This document shows positions 38,701 through 47,812 of a DNA stretch of 64,000 nt, piece by piece. The notes below the pieces were generated by a model, which saw nothing but the letters and a program-made list of their open reading frames with translations, was not told the origin of the DNA and ran no database searches. The DNA is from an uncultured Gemmatimonadales bacterium (lineage in GTDB: Bacteria > Gemmatimonadota > Gemmatimonadetes > Gemmatimonadales > GWC2-71-9), in contig CAVYSW010000005.1 of the NCBI GenBank assembly GCA_963771275.1, forward strand, positions 122,460 through 186,459, read 5' to 3'. The stretch's first letter is position 1, and each line of letters begins with the position of its first letter. The position numbers and the translations under genes were made by a program.

Positions 38701-38812
38701 CCACGCGTTCCGCTACGTGCTCAGGCCGCACGGCCGGTTCGACGAGCGGGAAGCCGAGCAGCTCGGCGTGGAGATCGCCCAGCCGCTGGTCGTCGTGCGG
38801 GGACGGCCGTAA
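35738..38812 (+). CDS. GH38-like glycoside hydrolase (alpha-mannosidase-like)
   Basis: HHTHLDIGY, SDIPGFSW, DNGPP, YWEDG, YEHTWG, YVMNNYWETN. Confidence 0.85.
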   Translation: MKQRGGRPGGMAGWWRAVGWHGVVPAAAVWMAVGAPLAAQTTRVDLPTSYLAGYVAPVSGEVLAYHSPIPSVGHSLLVRSEDSTRAITWVTAPVPTAFAGDTAVFVLMAGIDVNEDRRAFTLTIDGRLALTFFTPPSAGLGTMAWTGPAGVRADFRVTLMDKYGDAMGYLFLRVPRRLLRPGAPLRLAVAGESAGRRTWFMVFMEPITPRVEFRNAPAVVRAPEGERQALRVDVLYLGERGRLHVASPGGTRDTTLGLGFTRLQLVVPAVREPTAMPLDLTVDGRPAAAQYVVQPVRRLDLYLIHHTHLDIGYTNRQDEVERMHWQHLEHALAYGAASDTFPAGERFVWHPEGLWAVESYLATHGPAEQARLIAGIQRGWIHLDGLFANLLTGLATEEGLDRALEAGRRLAARTGVPIVSAMTSDIPGFSWGLVPALARSGIRYLSIGPNQGHRIGSFLRVWGDRPFYWESASGRERVLTWVHGAGYSWFHTGLGYERLTTILDEESVFRYLDQLDETQYPYAIAALRYNIGSDNGPPDSTLANAVRSWNERYASPRLVIGTTTGLFEAFERRYGAGLPVVRGDLTGYWEDGAASSARETGLIRRTAESLTETERLAGQLGVALDANAVYAAWRQVLLFYEHTWGSWNSISEPDIPFTREQWERKKAFADSAAALADRLRATALRGRPRPAGTVEVLNPSDWPRSELVLLDDTTRSGGRVLDETGAVVPSQRLASGELAFVAAVPARGARRYRVTVGRADRAGAVPPAPVLDNGVIRLELEPARGTIRSLRRAGERELVPAGEGLGEYLYVPGRNPRDAEPSGRAHVTVVDAGPVVWTALSRAPAPGTTGAVETRVRLVAGSDRIEIVNRFDKRLVYAPEAVLVRFPLALDGAETRISAPFGAYTAEREQAPGANRNYFSVERWVDQHDATAGLTLVSIDVPVLELGSIGTDAVVAGWRDRVDPAPVLFSYVMNNYWETNYRAGQDGSHAFRYVLRPHGRFDEREAEQLGVEIAQPLVVVRGRP

Positions 38813-39032
38813 AAGGCCCGCATCACGCGCAGGACCGTTGCGCGTGCGACTGGCGCCCGCACGTCCCGGCGGTGATCTTCAACGCGGTCGCATGATCCGC
38901 CGGCTGCGGATGCTCGCCTGAGCGACTGGCGCGGTCGGCACTACCCATTCGCGGGTGAGCCATGTTGCGGGTTCAGCGTGTGATCCCTCGATATCCCGCT
39001 ATCACCCGATTCCCCCCCCTTGGAGGAGCTCC

Positions 39033-40043
39033 ATGAGAATCACCTTGCCGGTCGTGCTGGCCGGCTCTGTGCTGGTGCTGGGCGGCTGCCAGGGAACCGG
39101 TCGTCAGGCCGACGTCAAGCTGGATTCGGCGGCGTTGGCGATGTTCGCGCCGTTGCCGGACGTGATGACTTCACCTGACAACCTGATCACCGAGGCCAAG
39201 ATCGACCTCGGCCGCGCCCTGTATTTCGAGAAGCGCCTGTCACGCGACAACTCGGTATCCTGCAACGACTGTCACCACCTCGACCGCTACGGCGCCGACA
39301 CCGGCAACGTGAGCGCAGGCGTCGGCGGCGCCCTCGGCGGCCGCAACTCGCCTACCGTGTACAACGCCGCGGGGCATGTCGCGCAGTTCTGGGATGGGCG
39401 GGCCCCGACCGTCGAGGAGCAGGCGAAGGGGCCGATCCTCAACCCCGTTGAGATGGCGATGCCGGGCGATCCGGCGGTGATGAAGGTTTTGACCGCCGAC
39501 GCCAAGTATCGCGCGATGTTCGAGGCGGCGTTCCCCGATGCCGCCAACCCGATGACATATGACAACCTCGGCAACGCGATCGGCGCGTTCGAGCGGAAGC
39601 TCGTGACGCCCTCGCGCTGGGATCGGTTTCTCAAGGGTGAGGACTCGGTGCTCGCCAACGAGGAGAAGGCCGGGTTCAACACGTTCGTCGCCGTCGGCTG
39701 TGCGGCGTGTCATAACGGAGCCTATGTCGGCGGCAGGATGTACCAGAAGGCCGGGGTCGTGAACCCGTGGCCGGACACGTCCGACGTCGGGCGCGAGGCG
39801 GTGACGCATCAGCCCGCGGACCGCATGGTCTTCAAGGTCCCGTCGCTGCGTAACATCGAGCGCACGGGGCCGTATTTCCACAACGGGAGGGTTGTCTCGC
39901 TCGATTCTGCCCTGACCACGATGGCCCACGCCCAGCTCGGCAAGCAGCTCACGGCCGAGCAGCTCCAGCAGATCACGGCGTGGCTGAAGACGCTGACGGG
40001 CGACATTCCGACGGAGTACGTCACGCCGCCGGCCGGCGGCTGA
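39033..40043 (+). CDS. Di-heme cytochrome c peroxidase (lipoprotein)
   Basis: CNDCH and CAACH heme motifs, RNSPTVYNA, QFWDGRA, FKVPSLRN, PYFHNG; GGAGG RBS. Confidence 0.93.
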   Translation: MRITLPVVLAGSVLVLGGCQGTGRQADVKLDSAALAMFAPLPDVMTSPDNLITEAKIDLGRALYFEKRLSRDNSVSCNDCHHLDRYGADTGNVSAGVGGALGGRNSPTVYNAAGHVAQFWDGRAPTVEEQAKGPILNPVEMAMPGDPAVMKVLTADAKYRAMFEAAFPDAANPMTYDNLGNAIGAFERKLVTPSRWDRFLKGEDSVLANEEKAGFNTFVAVGCAACHNGAYVGGRMYQKAGVVNPWPDTSDVGREAVTHQPADRMVFKVPSLRNIERTGPYFHNGRVVSLDSALTTMAHAQLGKQLTAEQLQQITAWLKTLTGDIPTEYVTPPAGG

Positions 40044-40170
40044 CCTGGTGGATTCGCCAGGGGGACGGCGGTCGCGTTCGGGCCGCCGCGCCTCCGGCGG
40101 CTGCCCCACCACGCGGTTCTGCGGCGCGGCTGTGCCGTCCAAGGACTGGTGAAACGTGGATGAGCCGGGA

Positions 40171-41262
40171 ATGAGCGGCCGGTCAGCTCCGAGCGCCGAG
40201 CCGGGTCGCGGTCGGCAAGTCCCGCGGCTGCTGGCCGGGCTCGTGCTCGTGGCGCTCGCAGCGTGCGGTGACGCCACCGGTCCCGATCCGGAGGCCGTCG
40301 ATCGGCCGGCAGACATCCCGTTCAGTCCCGCGCTGCTGCTGAGCCACATCGCGGTACTGGCCGACGACAGCCTGTGCGGGCGCGCCGCGGGCACTCCCTA
40401 TGAGCGCCACGCCGCGCTGTACGTGCGGGACCAGTTCGTCGGCGCCGGGCTCGAGCCCGGGGCTCTGGACTTCCTCGACGTCTTCGCGCTCGGGCCGGTT
40501 CCCGCGCGCGTCGACGGCACCACGCCGGTGGCGTGTGCCGACAGCGACGTCACCGCGTCCCAGAACGTGCTCGGGGTGTTGCCCGGCGCGGGGGCACTCG
40601 CCACCCAGTGGATCGTGCTGGGGGCGCACTATGACCACGTGGGCTGGGACGTGCTGAGCGGGCAGGTCGCGGTATTCAACGGCGCCGACGACAACGCGTC
40701 CGGCACCGCGGTCCTCATCGAGACGGCCCGGCTGCTGCGCCGCTGGGTCCTCGCCCACGAGGCGCTTGCGGCCAATCGTCGTTCGATCCTGTTCGCCGCG
40801 TTCGGCGCGGAAGAAGCGGGCTTGGTGGGCTCCTCGCGCTACGCGAGCGGCGTGGGCCTCCCGATGGACAGCGTCGTGGCGATGGTGAACCTCGACATGG
40901 TTGGGCTGCTGCGAGACAACACGCTCACGGTGCAGGGAACGCTGACCGCGCCGGAATGGCCTGGCCTGCTGGCTGCGGCAAACGACGACGCCCTGCAGTT
41001 GCTGTTTACGGACGATTTCCTCAACCGCAGCGATCAGTATCCGTTCATCCAGCGTGGCATTCCCGCCGTCCACCTTTTCACGGGGCTCCACCCGGACTAC
41101 CACACGCCCAACGACGACGTGAGCCTGGTGAACCGGGACGGGCTCGCGACGGTGGGCGAGCTCGCGCTCGCCATCGTCTGGGAGCTGGCAACCCTGCCGG
41201 GGCGGCTCGGCGGGAGCGCCACCGCCACCCCGGGGCTGGCGGAGGGCGAGGGCGGGAGCTAG
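40171..41262 (+). CDS. M28 family peptidase (lipoprotein)
   Basis: GAHYDH, NGADDNASG, AEEAGLVGS, NLDM, RSD, DYH; LAAC lipobox. Confidence 0.9.
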   Translation: MSGRSAPSAEPGRGRQVPRLLAGLVLVALAACGDATGPDPEAVDRPADIPFSPALLLSHIAVLADDSLCGRAAGTPYERHAALYVRDQFVGAGLEPGALDFLDVFALGPVPARVDGTTPVACADSDVTASQNVLGVLPGAGALATQWIVLGAHYDHVGWDVLSGQVAVFNGADDNASGTAVLIETARLLRRWVLAHEALAANRRSILFAAFGAEEAGLVGSSRYASGVGLPMDSVVAMVNLDMVGLLRDNTLTVQGTLTAPEWPGLLAAANDDALQLLFTDDFLNRSDQYPFIQRGIPAVHLFTGLHPDYHTPNDDVSLVNRDGLATVGELALAIVWELATLPGRLGGSATATPGLAEGEGGS

Positions 41263-41417
41263 AATCGTCGCTTGCAGGCGATGACGCCGCCGGCACGCGA
41301 CCGGCGGCAGCCCAGCGCGGGGGCACATCACCGCGCGACATTGCAGATGTGCGCTCGGTCAGGACGGTGCATGCCGGACTCCGACACCATCAGCACAACG
41401 CAAAGGAGTTCGGCGGC

Positions 41418-41521
41418 ATGCGGACCAAGGGAACCGTGAAGTGGTTCAACGACAGCAAGGGCTTCGGCTTCAGCCGGGCAAGAAGGGCCCGGCTGCCCAG
41501 AACGTCGTCGTGATCAAGTAA
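41418..41521 (+). pseudogene. cspA: Cold-shock protein gene with internal deletion
   Basis: N-terminal MRTKGTVKWFNDSKGFGF joined out of frame to C-terminal QPGKKGPAAQNVVVIK*; RNP2-containing middle is absent; AAGGAG RBS. Confidence 0.85.
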
Positions 41522-41603
41522 CGGCGCATCGACCCACGAACGCGGGCAGGCGGTCGGGGGTACTCGGCCGCCTGTTCTGCTGGCACTCTTGGAGGCATCG
41601 CCG

Positions 41604-41786
41604 ATGACCTACATCGAGCTCGCCGAGTCTGACAAGGTGGAGTGGGCGCTGAAGGCGTTCCGACGCCGGGTGCAGCGCTCGGGCATCCTCCAGGAGCTCC
41701 GCCAGCGGCGACACTACCTGAAGCCCAGCGTGGCGAAGCGACTCAAGGCGGCTGCCGCGGCACGCCGCAAGCGGAAGAAGCACTAG
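41604..41786 (+). CDS. rpsU: 30S ribosomal protein S21
   Basis: ALKAFRRRVQRSGILQELRQRRHYLKPS; GGAGG RBS. Confidence 0.9.
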   Translation: MTYIELAESDKVEWALKAFRRRVQRSGILQELRQRRHYLKPSVAKRLKAAAAARRKRKKH

Positions 41787-41924
41787 CGCCCCGGGGCCGC
41801 ACCGTACCGCTCGGCGCGCGCCACTGGTGCACCGAGTGACTCTGTCGCATTTTGAGGTCCCAGCCGCGGCCGGCCACCAGCCCGGTCCGCCGCCCGATTG
41901 ACGTACCCAGCAGGAGGAAGACCA

Positions 41925-42512
41925 GTGCAGATCGCCCTCGTCGGGGCCGCCTTGCCGGCGGCCCTCATGCTGTTGCCCCCCAGCGTCTCCCCCGCCCAGG
42001 ACAAGGCCCCCCAGCGCCAGATCGCCGACGCGGTGAGCCCGTTGCCGGACAGCCTCCGGGCCGGTGCCAGGGTCCTCGGCTATCGCCGCGGGCAGCTCGT
42101 GACGCTGCGGGAGGGGCAGAACAGCATGATCTGTCTTGCCGACGATCCGCAGGAGAAGGGCTTTCACGCGTCCTGCTACCACCGCTCGCTCGAGCCGTTC
42201 ATGGCGCGCGGCAGGGCTCTCCGAGCCCAGGGCGCGACACGCGAGGCGGTCGAGTCGACCCGGCTCGCGGAGATCGAGGCCGGCAAGCTGACGATGCCCG
42301 CGCAACCGGCTGCGCTCTACCAGCTGTTCCACGACGATGATGCGTTCGACCCGAGCAGCGGCGACGCCACCGGTCTGCGGGGGCTTGACGTCATCTACAT
42401 GCCGTACGCCACCACCGAGACGACCGGGATCGCGACGACTCCTTCCCGCACCGGCCCCTGGCTCATGTATCCGGGCAAGCCGTGGGCCCACGTGATGCTC
42501 AATCGGCGTTAG
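41925..42512 (+). CDS. Hypothetical exported protein
   Basis: AGGAGG + GTG, signal peptide; N.MICLADDP, SCYH, PWLM.PG.PWAHVM. Confidence 0.7.
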   Translation: MQIALVGAALPAALMLLPPSVSPAQDKAPQRQIADAVSPLPDSLRAGARVLGYRRGQLVTLREGQNSMICLADDPQEKGFHASCYHRSLEPFMARGRALRAQGATREAVESTRLAEIEAGKLTMPAQPAALYQLFHDDDAFDPSSGDATGLRGLDVIYMPYATTETTGIATTPSRTGPWLMYPGKPWAHVMLNRR

Positions 42513-44444
42513 GTGGGACGCGTTCCGTCGTTCCCGGCTCGAGTCCTCCACGCGAGCCCCGTGCGACCGCTGAGGTGGGTCGTGTTGGCGGTCCTGCCGC
42601 TCCTGGCGACGTCGCGTGACCCGCGGCTCCCGAAGGTGGCATTCAACGACAACCGCGTGACTGCCGGCACGTTGCGCAACGGCGTGCTCGAGCTGACGCT
42701 CGAGGCCGCGCGAGGGCGCTGGTACGTGCTCGGCGATGACGAGGCACCGGCCGAGATGCTCGCGTTCGACGAGGCCGGGCATGCGCCGCAGATCCCCGGG
42801 CCGCTGATCCGGGTGCCGCGCGGCACGACCGTGCACGTCACGGTGACGAACCCGCTCGACACGACCCTCGTCGTGCACGGCCTGTCGAGCCGGCGCACGG
42901 CGGCGACGGACTCCCTCACGGTTCCGGCAGGAGCCGCGCGCGACGTCACGTTCTCCGCGGACGCCGAGGGTACCTATTTCTACTGGGCGACCACCACCGG
43001 GGCGGCGCTCGGAAACCGGGTGTTCGAGGATAGCCAGCTGGGGGGCGCCATCGTGGTCGACCCGGCGGGCGCGCTCCCCGCGCGCGACCGGATCTTCGTC
43101 ATTGGCCTCTGGGAGGACGGGCGGTTGCCGAACGGCGATCCGGACGACTCTCGCGAGTTTCTCACGATCAACGGCCGTCCCTGGCCGCTCACCGAGCGCC
43201 TCACGTACGACCTGGGCGACTCGGTGCGCTGGCGACTCGTGAACCTGAGCGCGGCGCCCCACCCGATGCACCTCCACGGGTTCTTCTACCGGATTGACAG
43301 CCGGGGAGATGTCGCGCGCGACACGATCTACCGGCCGGATCAGCGGCGCGTGGCGGTCACCGAGCGCATGGGGCCGGGCACGACCATGGCCCTGGTGTGG
43401 TCGCCCGATCGGCCCGGGGGCTGGATCTTCCATTGTCACCTCACGTGGCACGTGATCGCGAACCCGACGCTCGGCCCCGATCGGGAGACGGCCGAGCAAC
43501 GGGAGCACCACGTGTTGCACGGGGACCCGAGCCACGATCCCAACCACCACGTGCAGCGCGGCATGGGCGGGCTGATGCTCGCGATGTACGTGCGCCCGCC
43601 CGAGGGCTGGCGCCCCCACGAGCCCGAGCGGAGGCAGCTGCGGCTGTTCGTGCAGTCCGACTCGGCGCCCGGCGACAGCACGCGGCGGTTCGGCTACGTG
43701 CTGCAGGACGGCGATCGTGAGCCCGCCCCCGATTCGGTGCGCTGGCCCGGTTCCACGCTGGTGCTGTCGCAGGGCGAGCCGACCGGCATCTGGGTGATCA
43801 ACCGCACGCCGGAGCCCACGCAGGTCCATTGGCACGGGCTCGAGATCGAGAGCTACTACGACGGGGTCGCCGGCGTGGGCGGGTACCCCACGATGCCGAC
43901 GCCGGCGATTCTCCCGCACGACTCGTTCGAGATGCGGATCACGCCGCCGCGCGCCGGGAGCTTCATGTACCACACGCATGTGAACGACGTCCACCAGCAG
44001 AGTCGTGGGCTCTACGGGGCGTTCATCGTGCTGCCACCCGGCGCCCGATGGGATGCGGAGACGGACCGGATCTTCATGGTGGCCAGCGACCCCGATGAAG
44101 CCCGCTTCATCCTCAATGGGACGGCATCACCGCCCCCGCTCGCGTTTCGCGCCGGCGTCGGCTACCGCCTCCGCCTGATGAACATCACCTTGGGGGGGGC
44201 CAATCTGTACCTGCGCCTGGTGCGGGGCGACGAGCTCGAGCGCTGGACGCCGCTCGCGAAGGACGGCTGGGACTACCCGCCGGCGCGGCGGGTACCGCGC
44301 CCCAGCGAGCAGCTGGTGAGCATCGGCGAGACCTACGACTTTGCGTTTCGGCCGACCGCGCCGGGTGACCTGGCCCTGGAAGTCCGCCGTGGAGACGGGG
44401 AGCTGGTCACCCGGGAGCTGATCCGGGTCGGCGGGCGGCCGTAG
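42513..44444 (+). CDS. Multicopper oxidase-domain protein (four cupredoxin-like domains); start codon uncertain
   Basis: IPGPLIRV, HPMHLHG, WIFHCHLTWH, VHWHG, MYHTH. Confidence 0.85.
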   Translation: MGRVPSFPARVLHASPVRPLRWVVLAVLPLLATSRDPRLPKVAFNDNRVTAGTLRNGVLELTLEAARGRWYVLGDDEAPAEMLAFDEAGHAPQIPGPLIRVPRGTTVHVTVTNPLDTTLVVHGLSSRRTAATDSLTVPAGAARDVTFSADAEGTYFYWATTTGAALGNRVFEDSQLGGAIVVDPAGALPARDRIFVIGLWEDGRLPNGDPDDSREFLTINGRPWPLTERLTYDLGDSVRWRLVNLSAAPHPMHLHGFFYRIDSRGDVARDTIYRPDQRRVAVTERMGPGTTMALVWSPDRPGGWIFHCHLTWHVIANPTLGPDRETAEQREHHVLHGDPSHDPNHHVQRGMGGLMLAMYVRPPEGWRPHEPERRQLRLFVQSDSAPGDSTRRFGYVLQDGDREPAPDSVRWPGSTLVLSQGEPTGIWVINRTPEPTQVHWHGLEIESYYDGVAGVGGYPTMPTPAILPHDSFEMRITPPRAGSFMYHTHVNDVHQQSRGLYGAFIVLPPGARWDAETDRIFMVASDPDEARFILNGTASPPPLAFRAGVGYRLRLMNITLGGANLYLRLVRGDELERWTPLAKDGWDYPPARRVPRPSEQLVSIGETYDFAFRPTAPGDLALEVRRGDGELVTRELIRVGGRP

Positions 44445-44493
44445 CGGGCGCCCACCGCGCGCAGGACGCGGCCGCGGCGGGGTCGGTGCCCCG

Positions 44494-46764
44494 CTACGGC
44501 AGCGCCGACACCCGCAGCAGCACGTTGCGCCCGGGATTCAGGGCGAACTCCTTGTAGCGGCTCAGGAAGCTCTTGTACGCCGTGTCGAACAGGTTCCGCA
44601 CCTCGAGGTCCAGCCGCAGCGCCCGGCCCGCGAGCGTCACGGTCGAGCCAACCGAGAGGTTCACGAGCGCGTAGCCGTCGGTCGGGAGATCGAGCGGACT
44701 GCGCCGCGTCGGCTTGAGCGCGATGTCCAGGTCTGCGCCCGCGTGCGCCCGCGTCAAGCCGCCGAGCCGGCCGGCGTGCACGTCGGCCCCGACCGTGAGG
44801 TGCGGGGGTGGCACGAGCGGCAGGGGCTCATCGGTCTGCAGGTTGGTCCCGCGCACCGCGTCCGCCCGGGCCATGACGGTGAGTGGCGCCGCCACGTCCG
44901 CCTCGAGCGAAGCCTCGCCGCCCAGCAGTCGGGCGTCCGCCTGGGCGTAGCGATAGACGCGCAGGGAATCGCGAACCTCCGCGGTCGGGGCCACGAACAC
45001 GTAATGGGCGATCTGGTTGCGATACGCCGCGATCTCCCCCCGGATTCTCCGCCGCTCCCAGCGCACGCTCACATCGACGTTCGTCCCGCGCTCCGTCTCG
45101 AGGTCCGGCCGGCCGATTTCGTAGCGCGCCTCGCCGATGCGCGGGCCGTTGGCGTACAGCTCGAACAGGTTGGGCGCGCGCCACGCCCGCCCGACGTTGG
45201 CGGCGAGCGCGACGTCGGCCAGCGGACGGAACACCAGGCCGACATCGCCCGAGAACGCGGTCCAGGTGCGGTGGCCGTCCTGCGTGATGCCCAGGCTGGT
45301 GTTCCGGTCCCAGTCGAGCCGGCGCGCGTCGACGCGGACGCCGCCGAGCAGGCTCCAGCGGCCCGCGGTTGCCTGCTCGAACAGGAACGCCGCGCCGGTG
45401 CGGACACGCGCATCGGGCACCAGGGGGATCGGGCCGCGCGTGTCGTTGTTCTGGTACATGCCCGACACGCCCGCCACGCCGCGCACCGCCCGCCCCAGGG
45501 CGTGGTGCGCCATCAGATCGCCGGACGCCGTGGTCAGGAGCAGGTTGAACGCCTCGGCCTCCCGGCCCGGCGTCGCCGGCAGGACGCCGGCCTCATCGGA
45601 CAGCTCGATCAGGGAGTGGCGCTCGAACTGACCGTTGGCCTCGAGCCGGACCGGGCCGAGATAGTAGTTCGCCGCCAGCTGCACGCGGTCATCCGCCGCC
45701 TTCCGCTCGGGGCCGCCCTCCTCGGTGCCCGCCGCCGAGTCTGCCGGAGGCGGGCCGCCCGCCTCGAGCAGCTTGAACTCGCCGCCGTAGTGCGCGACCC
45801 GTAGCATGGCGTCGGCCCGGTCACCCCGCGCGCCCACCGCCGCCTCGCCGTTCACGGCGCCGAAGCCCGTGTTGTCGAGCTCGCCGGCCGGCGTGCGCAG
45901 ACTGGCCGCCTTGCGGCCGACGAGGAACAGCCGCCAACCGACGAGACCCGTGGCCCCGTCGCCGCGCAGGGCCGTGCCGATCTCCGCGTTGTTCGAGGCG
46001 CCGTACACTTCGGCGCCGAGGCGCGCGAACCCCCGTCCGCCACCGGCACTCGGCAGGTCGGTGGGGATCACGTTCACCACGCCGCCGAGCGCGTCCGATC
46101 CATACAGCACGCTGGCCGGCCCGCGGATTACCTCGACGCGCCGCGCGAGCCGGGCGTCGACCGAGGGGCCGTCCTCGTCACTCCAGGAGTAGTCCTCGAG
46201 CCTGCTGCCGTTGTCCAGCACGAGCACCCGTGAGCCCGACAGGCCGCGGATCACCGGCTTGCCGATCTGCTCGCCGGTCGTGAGGGCCGTCACGCCCGGC
46301 AGGCCGGCGATCGCGTGCGCCAGTGAGACGGTGAGCTCGCGCGCAAGGCGTTCTTCGCCGAGCGAGGCGACCGGCAGGGGCGATGCGAGCGCCGGTGACG
46401 GACCGCGCACCGCGGTCACGGTGATCGGCTCGACATCGAACGCGCTTGGGGTGAGCACCAGCCGGACGGTGACCGAGCCCCGCACCGCGACCGAGACGGT
46501 CGCCGGCGCGTAGCCGATCAGGCGGGCCACGACGGTGTACGTCCCGTCCGGCAGCTCGGTCAGCCGGAACGCCCCGGCGGAATCCGTACGGGCCGATCGG
46601 TTGAGCTCTGCCACGAGCACGAGGGCGTCGCGCAGCGGCTGCCCGCCGGCATCGGCCACGTGCCCCGAGAGCTGCGCCTGGGACAGCGCCGGAGCTGGGA
46701 GGGCGACCGCCGCGACGAGGACGGCGGTCACCCTCAGGGAGCGGATCCGGATGGCACGACCCAC
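44494..46764 (-). CDS. TonB-dependent receptor
   Basis: GGAGG + GTG at 46764; KPVIRGL, VEVIRGPASVLYGSDALGGVVN, RAPNLFELY, NPGRN. Confidence 0.92.
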   Translation of the reverse strand: MGRAIRIRSLRVTAVLVAAVALPAPALSQAQLSGHVADAGGQPLRDALVLVAELNRSARTDSAGAFRLTELPDGTYTVVARLIGYAPATVSVAVRGSVTVRLVLTPSAFDVEPITVTAVRGPSPALASPLPVASLGEERLARELTVSLAHAIAGLPGVTALTTGEQIGKPVIRGLSGSRVLVLDNGSRLEDYSWSDEDGPSVDARLARRVEVIRGPASVLYGSDALGGVVNVIPTDLPSAGGGRGFARLGAEVYGASNNAEIGTALRGDGATGLVGWRLFLVGRKAASLRTPAGELDNTGFGAVNGEAAVGARGDRADAMLRVAHYGGEFKLLEAGGPPPADSAAGTEEGGPERKAADDRVQLAANYYLGPVRLEANGQFERHSLIELSDEAGVLPATPGREAEAFNLLLTTASGDLMAHHALGRAVRGVAGVSGMYQNNDTRGPIPLVPDARVRTGAAFLFEQATAGRWSLLGGVRVDARRLDWDRNTSLGITQDGHRTWTAFSGDVGLVFRPLADVALAANVGRAWRAPNLFELYANGPRIGEARYEIGRPDLETERGTNVDVSVRWERRRIRGEIAAYRNQIAHYVFVAPTAEVRDSLRVYRYAQADARLLGGEASLEADVAAPLTVMARADAVRGTNLQTDEPLPLVPPPHLTVGADVHAGRLGGLTRAHAGADLDIALKPTRRSPLDLPTDGYALVNLSVGSTVTLAGRALRLDLEVRNLFDTAYKSFLSRYKEFALNPGRNVLLRVSALP

Positions 46765-46795
46765 GGGAACCTCCGGCAATCGAGTGCGCTGCGTC

Positions 46796-47812
46796 TCAGT
46801 ACGAGTGGTCATCGAGCACCACCTTGCCGCGGAACGTCCAGTACACCACGAACGTGTACGTCGCCACGAACGGCATCCCGATCGCGGCAATCAGCAGCCC
46901 GATGCCGAGCGTCTTTGCGCTCGACGCGGCGGTGTACACGGTCCAGCTGTTCCCGGGGTCGTTGCTCGCGGTGAGGATGTTCGGGTAGACCGCCAGCGCG
47001 AACAGCAGCACCAGGCACACGATGGTGAGCGCGGATGCCACGAACGCGCGCCCATAGCGCTGCAGAAACAACCCGCGCGGAATGTACGCGATCGCGAGCA
47101 CGTTGAGCACCACCACCGCGGCGGTCCAGGGCACGTGCCGGAAGTTCGCCGCCGCGCCGGGCACCGCGAGCAGCGTGGCGATGGTCGTGAGCAGGTAGAG
47201 CACGAGAAAGACGCCCCACGCGTGCCACACCCAGCCGCCCAGGCGCTGCTGCACCGCCCCCTCCGTCTTGAGGTAGAGGTACAGGGCGCCGTGCACCGCA
47301 AAGAGGGCGACCGCGAGCAACCCCACGAGCAGCTGGTAGGGGCCGAGCAGATCGACGAAACGCCCGACGTACACGCCGCCGGCGTCGAGCGGCACGCCGC
47401 GGACGCCGTTGCCGACCGCGACGCCGAACAGCAGCGTGGCGAGCAGACTCGAGCCGAAGAACCCCCAGTCCCACGCGCGGCGCCAGACCGGATGCGGCAG
47501 CTTGCCGCGGAACTCGAGGCTCACGGCTCGGAAGATGAGCGCGAACAGGATGAGCATGAACGGGAGGTAGAACCCGGAGGCGATCGTCGCGTAGGCCTCA
47601 GGGAACATGGCGAACAGCGCCCCGCCGAACGTCACGAGCCAGACCTCGTTGCCATCCCAGATCGGCCCGATCGCATTGACGAACAGGCGGCGCTCGCGCT
47701 CGTCGCGGGCGAGCGGGTGGAGCATCCCGACACCCAGATCGAAGCCGTCCAGCACCGCGTATCCCGCGAGCAGGGCGACCATCAGCCCGAACCAGATGAG
47801 GTGCAGGTTCAC
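46796..47812 (-). CDS. cydB: Cytochrome bd ubiquinol oxidase subunit II
   Basis: [42 protein letters not shown] overlap with cydA. Confidence 0.95.
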   Translation of the reverse strand: MNLHLIWFGLMVALLAGYAVLDGFDLGVGMLHPLARDERERRLFVNAIGPIWDGNEVWLVTFGGALFAMFPEAYATIASGFYLPFMLILFALIFRAVSLEFRGKLPHPVWRRAWDWGFFGSSLLATLLFGVAVGNGVRGVPLDAGGVYVGRFVDLLGPYQLLVGLLAVALFAVHGALYLYLKTEGAVQQRLGGWVWHAWGVFLVLYLLTTIATLLAVPGAAANFRHVPWTAAVVVLNVLAIAYIPRGLFLQRYGRAFVASALTIVCLVLLFALAVYPNILTASNDPGNSWTVYTAASSAKTLGIGLLIAAIGMPFVATYTFVVYWTFRGKVVLDDHSY

